From Mytilus edulis (Eukaryota): a stretch of DNA of 64,000 bases. Below are positions 1 through 10,167 of this stretch, piece by piece; position 1 is the stretch's first letter, and each line of letters begins with the position of its first letter. The stretch lies in NCBI RefSeq assembly GCF_963676685.1, contig NC_092353.1, positions 1,364,001 through 1,428,000 of the forward strand, read 5' to 3'. The notes beneath the pieces were generated by a model. It was not told the origin of the DNA and made no database searches. It was given only the letters and a program-made list of their open reading frames with translations. The translations under genes and the position numbers were made by a program.

Positions 1-137
1 TGAGTTTTCTAGTTTTTATATTAATTTTAAACTTGTAATAAATACCACTTAATTGTTATTTCTTTCTGTTTCTATACATGCAACATAAGTTTAGCGGAGG
101 AAAATACATTTTAAAGTTCATAATTCTTCTTTTGCAG

Positions 138-672
138 GTCCAAGATGCATAGTTGAATTCTATGAAAAATATACTTGAAGGCAATTGGATCTGGCGTATT
201 TTGTCGCAAGCCACTTATTTCTGATGTCCAAGATAAGAATCGCTACGGAAAGTCCGCGTTAGGAGTGAACAAGTTGAATGGTTTAATGCGTGAAATGTGC
301 GAAAAGGGGGGCTTGGTTGGCAACTTTACCAACCACTCGGGAAAAAGAACATGTGCTACTGCGCTATATCAAGCAGGAATAGATGAGCAAAAGATTATGG
401 AAAGGACTGGGCACCGCTCTACGATAGGCGTTCGAACATACAAGACCACTAACAGAAACATTCAAAAGCGAGTATCGGATGTCTTGAACCCCCCGTCCAA
501 TTGTGATATGAATGACAGTTTACAGGAATCCGTTCAAACCAAAACTGCTGTGGCCGAACCGTTTGGAAGGAATTTGAACAAGAAACACTGCCTGGGTGAT
601 ATCACAAATACATGCCGTTTGAATGATTCTGGTGCCGTTACATTCTCAAATTGTAACTTTAATTTTCATTGA
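138..672 (+). pseudogene. Crypton-like (DUF3504-type) tyrosine recombinase, last exon, frameshifted
   Basis: Acceptor ttcttttgcag ends at 137. The exon reads (G)PRCIVEFYEKY, then shifts frame at ~170-175 into LKAIG...NFTNHSGKRTCATALYQAG...IMERTGHRS...VRTYK. This gives the YR box II H-x-x-[K/R], GH and catalytic Tyr, plus the C-terminal FSNCNFNF tail typical of Crypton-type proteins. Antisense within a DCAF6 intron. Confidence 0.8.
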
Positions 673-1246
673 ATTAATATGTTGCCGAGTTATTAACTGA
701 CTAACTTTGAATTTGTTTCATTTAATGTAAAGCATAACGGTGGGCTTTTATATATTTTCACTTGAATGTATTACCGTACTAGTAATTAAAATTTCATTTT
801 AAAAGTATTCAGTTTTTGCTATTTTCAGAGATATTCCCTATGATGTTCTACACAAGAGTTTAATTTTAGTGCGAATCTAAAAAAACACACTATTCTCTTC
901 TTTCAGGTAAAAGAAGTTTGTTTATGTAAAAAAGAGGTGGAGCCTTACTGTGCACTTTCAGTGAAGTTAATGCACTGCTTTTTGGCTCCTCCCACCAATG
1001 GTTTTCTAATGGGAGATTGTTGAATAATCCTACAACAGTGCAATAACGTTCAAATCGGGAAGTTAATGCACTCCTTTCCAAAACATCAGATTTTAAAGCA
1101 CACAAAAGATCAAAGAAATTAGTAAAAATCATATTACAATATCATTTCATGCACTGAGTCTGTTTCTGTTAATTTGTGTCTAGAGTGTCATATAAAATCT
1201 TTGTAATTGGTATTCCTAGATGAGTGCCTTTTTGAGTGATTTATAT

Positions 1247-2340
1247 TAGGGATGTCAAAAGATCTGAAATTTAATACTCGGATACTCGGTCAAGATACTC
1301 GAGTACTCGCGAGTACTCGGATGAATCTTAAACGTCTATTGAAAAGTTGAGATTTAAGGTGGGATGCAGTGTTTTGTTACATATAAAACTAACGTACTAT
1401 AAACATTGCTCCTCTGTTTTTGTGTCAATTAAGCAATGAATTACCGACTGCCGTTTTCTACAAATAACCTATCATAATAGCAATTATTGTTTGTGTACGT
1501 GTTCATGAACCAAATTACAATAAAAAAAAAAAAAAATATTTGCATATAAAGTCCGACAAAGTAGCCAATATATGTATCATCTATTCATGAGGAGTTGGTA
1601 TGAAAGGACTTGTCCATTAATTTAACAACAATAATATTGGACTTCAAATTACTTTTTTGTGTTGCTCAGTCTTCCCTTTTTGCACCATCGTTTGTCTGAT
1701 TATCTTTTTTTTAAAGCCATGACGTTGTCAGTTTATTTTCGACTTTTTTTTTTTTTTTAAATTAAACAATTATAGTTAAGTTTAAAATACAGAGTGATTA
1801 AATTAATTTAAATGTACATCTCATACCAATCACGTTTACATAGAAGTCTTGATTAACAAACAAAGGTGAGTTTTATGGCTTGTGACGAGTTAATTATTAA
1901 TCCATGAAAGTGTTGATCCGTATACAAACACCGTTAAAAATGTCCCTAATCTGTTGCGTAGGGTTCACCGCCGGTCACTTTGATTTTGTTCTTATTTAGA
2001 AATATGATCTGGTCAACAATTTCAGACGAAAGACTGTTTGACTTTCTATTTTTTGTTACAAGTTGTGCACATGAAAACATTCCCTCAGAAGGAAAGGACA
2101 TTGCTGCCGGTACTACTATAACAAATAGTATCCTCATGATAAACATATTTATAATCTTAATTGATTTTATTTAATATTACGAAGGGGATATTTCAACGGA
2201 TTTAAAGTGAGTGGAAATGTGAAGAGAAAATATCTCAAAATGTATAACAGGCAAACGAGTATCCGAGTTCTAAAACTGTACTCGAGTACTCGGCCTTCCG
2301 AGCGAGTACCCGAGTACTCGAGTACTCGTTGCCATCCCTA
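1247..2340 (-). mobile_element. Internally deleted hAT DNA transposon (~1.1 kb)
   Basis: TIRs TAGGGATGTCAA / TTGCCATCCCTA. Perfect 8-bp TSD ATTTATAT (1239-1246, 2341-2348). Subterminal TACTCG(AG) repeats at both ends. Minus-strand remnant of the hAT C-terminal dimerisation domain (VPAAMSFPSEGMFS...SLSSEIVDQIIFLNKN, ~1960-2130). Confidence 0.92.
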
Positions 2341-2661
2341 ATTTATATATAATATGAGTTCATAATTATTTGTAGCACATTAATTTTCATGAATTGTAGT
2401 TCTTATAGGTGCATCACCAATTTATGTCTACAATAATATAATATTTTTCTAGGCTGTTATATAAAAGCTGCAATTAGCGAAATTAGGCATTAAACTTAAA
2501 TTGTAGGCAACAAGCTTTTTACGCATTGACATTAAAGAATCACCTTAATTTTGCCATGATTCTCAAAAAATACAAAATCATATATCCAGGAAAATACTAT
2601 TATGAATCTTATAATTTTATTTGTGAGTAACACAATTTTGAATAAGATTATTAGTGCTTAC

Positions 2662-2775
2662 ATCTTTACAATCTTCTTTAAGACAGCTAGTTTTGATTCG
2701 TAAATCAAACCATCGAACCGTCCCATCTTCTCCACAGGATAAAAACGTTTTTGCTTCATTAGGGATCACAATTAC
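2662..2775 (-). CDS. DCAF6: DCAF6 coding exon 6 ([38 protein letters not shown])
   Basis: 114 nt bounded by tttacag| and |gtaagc. The peptide matches DCAF6 [29 protein letters not shown]. The gene continues beyond the left edge. Confidence 0.93.
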
Positions 2776-3788
2776 CTGTAAATATATAGTGATTTCTGTT
2801 TATAAAGTTAAATCAAAGGACATTTCACTATAGAAACATGTGGTCTAAGACACTTTCATTAGAACTTGTTTCATGATTGTCTTAGGATAACAGCAATATG
2901 AATCAAACATAATTCAATAATGGATGGCTGGGTTATATACATGTACATTTGCCTTATACCTCATCCTTCTGAAGTTCTCTACATATTAAATTCTAGACAG
3001 CCCTAATTATGGACTTGCATTTCTATTTGAAAATATGATGGTTTTAATGACATCTAAGTATCATTCAAGTGTAAAGTTTCACAAAGGCCAAGCTTAAAAT
3101 ATAATACAGTTATCTCCAATATAATGCAGCATATTAAATTAAATGCCATTTATTAACAAAAAAATTGGTGTAAAATGACATAAATAAAAAGTCTGCAAAA
3201 CTGTTTCACTGTCTTCAACAATATGACGTCATATGTATACTAACGATGTCAAACGTAAAACTCTAGACTTATTTACACCTTTCTTTCGCTTCAGAATGGC
3301 TTCTACATTAACAAATCAAAGCGCGAAAGCGCTGTAAAGGCAGTTAATTACAGGTTGTGTGTATTTCTAGTCCAGTTATATCATTATCTTCCATAGAACA
3401 GAGGTGGTTTGTAGTATTTAAGATTTAGAGTTCTCTTGTACCTAGTTCACCTATATCTATAGTCTACTGTTTACAGTATATTTTCTGTACCTCGCCATGA
3501 AATGCATTTTCAAGACATAAGAACTTTTCCTTTTTAATGTAAATAAAACTATTTTTAATTATTGATTATAGACACATATTCAATTACTCCTATCCTATGA
3601 AAAATTATTCACAAAGATTGACTAGTCTCCGTTCTGTGTGTATTGCTAGAACATCAAGTAACATAATGGTTAATGTACATAGTAACATGTCAACTCTTTT
3701 AAAGACAAAACTTTTTTAAAATTTTCCCTCCAAGCAAAATTATTTTTCAGTATAAACATGATAAAGTTATCTACCTGTATTAATGACC

Positions 3789-4549
3789 TAGAGACTCTCA
3801 AGAGCCTGTGTCGCTCACCTTGGACGGTCTATGTGCATATTAAACAACGGACACATATAAAATGACAAAATTGTGTTTTTGATGATGGGGATGTGTTTGT
3901 AGATCTTTCTTTACTGAACATTCTTGGTGCTACAATTATCTCTATCTATAATAAACATGGCCCAGTATTTACAGTTGAAAATATTTTTTAAAAATTAACA
4001 AAAAATACAAAAATTTATGAAAATTGTTAAAAATTGACTATAAAGGGCAATAACTCTTTAAGGGGTCAACTTAAAATTTTGGTCATATTGACTTATTTGT
4101 AGATCTTACTTTGCAGAACATTATTGCTGTTTACAGTTTATCTCTATCTATAATAATATTTAAGATAATAACCAAACTCTGCAAAATTTCCTTCAAATTA
4201 CTAATTTGGGGGCAGCAATCCATCAACGGGTTGTCAGATTTGTCTGAAAATTCCTGGGCAGATAGATCTTCACTGAAGAGACAATTTCATCCTATGTCAG
4301 ATTTGCTCTAAATGCTTTGGTTTCAGAGTTATAAGCCAAAATCTACATTTTACCTGTATGTTCTATTTTTGGCCATAGTGGCCATCTCGGTTGGTTGACC
4401 GGTTCTAACCACACATTTTTTAAATTAGATACCGCAATGATGATTTTGGCTAAGTTTGGTTAAATTTGGCACAGTAGTTTCAGAGAAGATTTTTTGTAAA
4501 AGTTTATGGACGATGAAACCAAGTGATGAGTCAGGTCAGGTGAGCTAAA
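3789..4549 (+). mobile_element. Non-autonomous Pearl/HINE-like interspersed element
   Basis: Starts CTAGAGACTCTCAAGAGCCTGTGTCGCTCACC and ends CAGGTGAGCTAA. The subterminal inverted motif GCTCACC/GGTGAGC and internally repeated modules fit bivalve Helentron-associated elements. Confidence 0.5.
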
Positions 4550-5012
4550 GAGGAGTTTTTAATCAAGGTAACAATGACATCTGGTGGCCATAAAAGCTGT
4601 CTCATTAGCATTTTAACCACTTCCCATATTTGCTTTTAAGACAATAGAAGAAAATTATTCAATGCAAAAACAAAACTTACTTGTAAATATGAAATTCTCT
4701 TTACAGTATGAGTTTTTCTCATTGTTGGAGATTGTACAGTAGTACAGTCCTGTAACTGCTTATACCCATTTCTTATCCCCTTTAGTTTGATAAACTCACA
4801 GAATATCATATATTTACATTGTGCCACATCTCCTTATTTTTATATGCATTACAATAACATGAACAATTGTAATTCAAATCTATATATCAAAGCAAAATGA
4901 ATTTCACTACTTTCATTCATGCATCCTTTGGAAAAATATAAGTTCTAAAATGACACAATATATGTTTATTTATATAAAAATAATATTTAGTTTTCGACTC
5001 TTAACAGGTATA

Positions 5013-5300
5013 AACAAAAATGTGTCCCCAGTACACGAATGCCCCACTCGCACTATCATTTTCCATGTTCAGTGGACCGTGACATTGGGGTAAAAACTCT
5101 AATTTGGCATTAAAATTAAAAAGATCATATCATAGGGAACATGTGTACCAAGTTTGAAGTCGATTGGACTTCAACTTCAGCAAAAACTACCTTGACCAAA
5201 AACTTTAACCTGAAGAGGGACAGACGGACGGACGAACAGACGAACGGACGCACAGACCAGAAAACATAATGCCCCCCTACTATCGTAGGTGGGGCATAAA
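5013..5300 (+). mobile_element. Pearl/HINE-like MITE with GACG/GACA microsatellite and 3' hairpin
   Basis: 5' AACAAAAATGTGTCC, core repeat, (GACG/GACA)n, then hairpin GCCCCCTAC..GTAGGTGGGGC. A related copy lies at ~55005-55522. Confidence 0.7.
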
Positions 5301-6097
5301 AATGCACAGCTGTGTCATGATTTGTGAAATCTGTGCTGAAAACATAGGCATTTATGGTGTTTGAGTAATTCCATCTGTGAAGCTTAACATTAGCTCGTCA
5401 GTTGGTGGTGGACAGTTATAAATCTTTCCTGCAGGATGAATGTACATCTGTTCAGGAAAACCAATTTCACAAATCAAAACTTTCCTCTAGATTTCTCCTA
5501 CAATATTCATCCAGTTTAGTTCTTTTGGTTTAACGGGACACCGTCCTGATTTTTAATTTTGTAAACCATTCAGTCTCTTGCTTACAAATGGTGCATGAAA
5601 ATAGGATGGGAAATTATGCATGGCAGTAGACAAGTCTCTATAAAGTGGGTATGTGCCCTGAAAAAAGTTTTATAACATTAGCTTTTTTGAAACTTGTGAA
5701 AGACTTGTGCAACACACATACCTAAATAACTATAATATAGGTGGAGAGCATCATTCATGTCAATGTTTTGTTCCTGTTTACATTGTCATTGATATTTTTC
5801 AAGAAAGCCCGAGGCATAGCTCATGAATTCTTGTCATTACAACCGAAATTTACATAATTATTGCTAAAATAATTATCAGTATAATATATCTCTTGTAGAA
5901 AAACCATACAATTGTAGTATTAACCAAAAAATGTCAAACAGATGATATTGAATCGGAATCCCAAAAGTTATGACGTCTTGAATTCACCCCCCTTTTTATT
6001 CTAAAACGATAATTGCGGTTGCAAACAGACTTTGGTTTACTTGCATGGCGATTATATAAATAACAGTATATATTTCTTAAAGAAAATAAAGTTTTAC

Positions 6098-6306
6098 CAT
6101 GAATAGTTTCCTGAACGTAGTCGTTTTCAGTAAAATGTGCCTTGCAAACAACAGCTGATTGATATGGGTTCTACGATTGCATCGCACATGACAATCTACG
6201 TTTGAGCCATGGCGTTGATCCAACTTTTCCATCTTATTAAGTCATTTAGAAATGCAAGTCCTCCTCTTAAATGACACTCAGGTACACACCAACAAGGACT
6301 AGGCAT
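6098..6306 (-). pseudogene. Decayed THAP zinc-finger exon (probably transposon-derived)
   Basis: ATG at 6306 reads MPSPCWCVPECHLRGGLAFLNDLIRWKSWINA. After a stop and frameshift it reads NPYQSAVVCKAHFTENDYVQETIH|gtaaaa. This is the C2CH THAP signature (CxVPxC ... W ... VCxxHF). A possible degenerate second exon starts at an acceptor near 5658. Confidence 0.7.
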
Positions 6307-6363
6307 CGTTAATTGTGTGATTGTTTTGCAGTGCAAAAACGGAAGTTAAGGACGGAACTGACT

Positions 6364-6980
6364 GGTCTCACTAATAAGAGACAAGAAGAATTTTAGAGAC
6401 AAACAGCGACAAGAAGTTTAATTTAGTGATGAAGCGACAATAACTAACAAGGGACAAGCGAATCGTAATTCTCTCACGAGGGCCCCTCAGGCTATTCTCA
6501 TTTGATGTGATAGGGTGAAGCTACACCTATCAAATATGTCCCTATGAAAAAGAAGAATTTCACTGTTGGAAAGGAAATGATATTGCATGGTTTTGATTCA
6601 ATAAATTCTTTAAAAGGAAATTGAAATTTTTTTGTTTTGATGGCCAATTTTTAGCGTGTGCTTAAAATATATATATTTATATCTAATAAAAACTAATCCC
6701 TTTCTTCTTAATAAAAACATATTTTTATCTATCAATGTACAGTAATATAAAAAATGTTTTATAACCGCCCCTATAATAAAAAATAATGCATGTTTTTTTT
6801 AATATCTATGGGGAATAAGTTGTCGCAATGACATTTTTTTTATTTATGTATAGTCGCTATATAGTCTTCTTGACGCTTCTTCTCGCTAAATTAATTATAT
6901 TGTCGCTTCTTATCGCTATTTTAATTTTATTGTCGCTTCTTATCACTTTTTGACGCTTCTTGTCTTTAATTAGTGGAACC
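6364..6980. mobile_element. MITE with imperfect ~25-bp TIRs
   Basis: Left end GGTCTCACTAATAAGAGACAAGAAG versus reverse complement of right end GGTTCCACTAATTAAAGACAAGAAG. Mirrored subterminal AGCGACAA / TTGTCGCT repeats. Confidence 0.6.
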
Positions 6981-7680
6981 CTATTCAGGAACGATAATTT
7001 CATATTTTACATAACTGAGACCGAAATAACTATAACGTCATACGGCTTCACGTACAGAAATACTTTAAATTGTATATTATGCAATATAATTCACGGTCAG
7101 TCGACTTTTAATTATAATATCATGTTATATCAACGAGTGAAATGATTTTAAAATATCTTTAGATCGCAAATAGTACTCGAAATTGAACGGACCTCTTTCC
7201 ACACGGAATTCGAATAATGATAGTTTGTAATCAGATTGACTGCTTATAATGCAAAAGACACATTAATAAACAGATTTTTAAAACGAACAATACACACTGA
7301 TGGTTTCTTTATTTCCCAATATAAATGAAAGGAACAAAAACCAATACATACCACAAAAAGTAGAGAAGAAATTTAAACATTTCCGGATCTATTTCTTGCA
7401 AAATGACCCCCAGCAAAGATTTGCGTAAGGAAAGATGAACCTCATGACTTGAAAGTCAGGCCTAAAAGCACTGCCTTTAAAAATACATTTTAAGGCTCAA
7501 AATGTGACTTTCATGTTTATGTAGTGAGAAATTAAATACCTCAAAAAAATCGTAATGGTGGCTTTCTTAGTAACAGACTGGTAGAACATAGAATTAACCC
7601 CTTCAAAATATTTGTCCAATGGAAATTATTGTTTCAAACAAATTGCACTAGAATAAATTATAATTAAATTTACTACAAAC

Positions 7681-7785
7681 CTCATAAGTTGTTCCAAAAT
7701 GACAGTCAAATAAACTAGCCTCATGTTGATCTTCTTGACCTACTTTTGTATAGTAAATTTTTCCATCACCAGAGCAACTTATTAT
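7681..7785 (-). CDS. DCAF6: DCAF6 coding exon 5 (IISCSGDGKIYYTKVGQEDQHEASLFDCHFGTTYE)
   Basis: 105 nt, tttgtag| and |gtttgt, phase 0/0. Matches DCAF6 IVSCSGDG...FxCHxGTTYE. Confidence 0.92.
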
Positions 7786-8014
7786 CTACAAACAAAATCT
7801 CAAATAAATAAACTGTATCAACTAATAAATCATTTATATTATAATTGGTCATGAAAAATGAATGAGTTACTAATTCACATTGGACAATTCTAACACCTTC
7901 TCATTTACTTTTAAACTTATTCTCAAATAATTGATGATGATATGGGGTTAGTGTCTTTCATTTGTGAGAGTGTTTGGTTGGTTTTTTTTCTGTTTTTACA
8001 CTTGTAAAGTGTAG

Positions 8015-8332
8015 GGATTATAGAATTGCCCGTGTTAAACTCCCATCTTACCCAAAGGTTTCAATGATCTAAGAGATAATAGAACTGCCTGTGTTAATCT
8101 CCCATCTTACCAAAGGTTTTAATGATCTAAGAGATAATAGAATTGCCCGTGTTAAATTCCCATCTTACCCAAAGGTTTCAATGATCTAAGAGATAATAGA
8201 ACTGCCTGTGTTAATCATCCCTCTTACCAAATGTTGCCTAAGATATAATAGAACTGCCCATCTTACCTAAGGTTGTCATGATCTAAGAGATAATAAAATT
8301 GCCCATGTTAAACTCCTATTCTTACCCAAGGT
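8015..8332. repeat. Degenerate ~59-bp tandem repeat (~5 units)
   Basis: Repeated ATAATAGAAYTGCCYGTGTTAA..CCCATCTTACC(C)AAAGGTTTYAATGATCTAAGAG. Confidence 0.8.
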
Positions 8333-8462
8333 TGCATGTATATGTGCTATAAGCATACTTTACTTTTTTATTTGTTCTTTTTTTCCTAATTATCCAATAA
8401 TTAACATAAGTGTTGAGAAAATGGCATTTACATTTGACAAACTTACGAATATATAAAGATAT

Positions 8463-9052
8463 CACTGACCTGACTATCTCCAGTAAAAAGAAGGTATTTA
8501 GCACTGACCTGACTATCTCCAGTAAAAAGAAGGTATTTAGCACTGACCTGACTATCTCCAGTAAAAGGAAGGTATTTAGCACTGACCTGACTATCTCCAG
8601 TAAAAAGAAGGTATTTAGCACTGACCTGACTATCTCCAGTAAAAAGAAGGTATTTAGCACTGACCTGACTATCTCCAGTAAAAGGAAGGTATTTAGCAAT
8701 GACCTGACTATCTCCAGTAAAAGGAAGGTATATAGCACTGACCTGACTATCTCCAGTAAAAAGAAGGTATTTAGCACTGACCTGACTATCTCCAGTAAAA
8801 GGAAGGTATTTAGCACTGACCTGACTATCTCCAGTAAAAGGAAGGTATATAGCACTGACCTGACTATCTCCTGTAAAAGGAAGGTATTTAGCACTGACCT
8901 GACTATCTCCAGTAAAAGGAAGGTATTTAGCACTGACCTGACTATCTCCTGTAAAAGGAAGGTATTTAGCACTGACCTGACTATCTCCAGTAAAAGGAAG
9001 GTATTTAGCACTGACCTGACTATCTCCTGTAAAAGGAAGGTATTTAGCACTG
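8463..9052 (-). repeat. 39-bp x15 tandem repeat made of the DCAF6 exon 4 3' end plus splice donor
   Basis: Minus-strand unit AGTGCTAAATACCTTCCTTTTACWGGAGATAGTCAG|GTC encodes SAKYLPFTGDSQ(V). The first unit is inside the exon. Confidence 0.95.
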
Positions 9053-9093
9053 AAAATGTTCGCTCTGTGTCCTGATCTTATGGATGTTATTTT
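9016..9093 (-). CDS. DCAF6: DCAF6 coding exon 4 (KITSIRSGHRANIFSAKYLPFTGDSQ), shortest form
   Basis: atttcag| acceptor, CAG|gtcagt donor, 78 nt. Matches DCAF6 TIRSGHRANIFSAKFLP. The 3' boundary is ambiguous in 39-nt steps down to 8470. Confidence 0.9.
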
Positions 9094-9394
9094 CTGAAAT
9101 ATAATAAAATTCATTAATACATACATGACATTATCACAAGGGTGTTCCATTAACACATACATAGTACCACGGGTTCTTTTTTTATTGAGATGAATATTCT
9201 GTATGGAAAAGACCTGCCTGCAAAAGTTTTAGTTTAAACAGTATTTATTAATGAAAAATTACAACAATAAAGTATTACAATGTAACATGAAATTCAAATA
9301 TGGGATTTTGAAACAAGTTTGGAAAAACTTATATAAATCTGTCTCCCAAAATTTTTACTCGTGCTGTCAGTGTTCTTCCAAGGGCCTTTTAGCA

Positions 9395-9608
9395 TCATGT
9401 TCATGTGATGCTATATTGGTCATGTGATGCTATATTGGTCATGTGATGCTATATTTGTCATGTGATGCTATATTGGTCATGCGATGCTATACTGGTCATG
9501 TGATGCTATATCTGTCATGTGATGCTTTATTGGTCATGTGATGCTATACTGGTCATGTGATTCTACATTTGTCATGTGATGCTATATAGGTCATGTGATG
9601 CTGTATTG
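9395..9608. repeat. 19-bp minisatellite (~11 units)
   Basis: Unit GTCATGTGATGCTATATTG. Confidence 0.9.
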
Positions 9609-10167
9609 CTTGAATGTGAATCTATCTGAAATTATTTCCTTATAGATAGCGTAATGAATGTGATACTTTAATTTCTAGAAACATGATGGTATAATTTGCT
9701 GTTTACCTGAATGTTATGTGGAATTGGTAGGGAGAACACTGACTGTCATGACTTGGTTGGCCATTACAGTAAATCTATTTTGTGAATGCTGATTTGTTCA
9801 CTTTGTTATTGAATCCATCCTGTTTTGTTTTGTTTCTAAAGTTTATATTTTTTTTTCATTTTTGCCATGTTTTTTGTGTCCATCTTCAACTTATGGTTTG
9901 TATTGCTTCCTTGATATCCAATACATTTTTTTTCATTATTCTGTTTTTTTGGATACACGTACTGTAAATCCAGAAATTATTATTTTCATTTATTATTGCA
10001 ATTTTGTGTTTTATACTGAGATGTGATTTTAATTTTTGAGATAATGAGACAAATCCTATTCTTAAAAAAAAACAAATTGCGATTTTAAATTATTGTGATT
10101 ATACCTATGTCACATTTTTCGCAATAATAAAAACATCACAATAATTTCTGAATTTACTGTATATGTA

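Noticed and set aside
890-1132. 80-aa minus-strand ORF as a possible next DCAF6 exon
   Set aside because: It lacks the expected LAVGCSDSSVRIYDRR motif and overlaps the repeated 14-mer of the presumed Crypton end.
8322-9075. ORFs 8322-9050 (-) and 8410-9075 (+)
   Set aside because: They are shadow frames of the 39-bp repeat. Only the SAKYLPFTGDSQ frame matches DCAF6.
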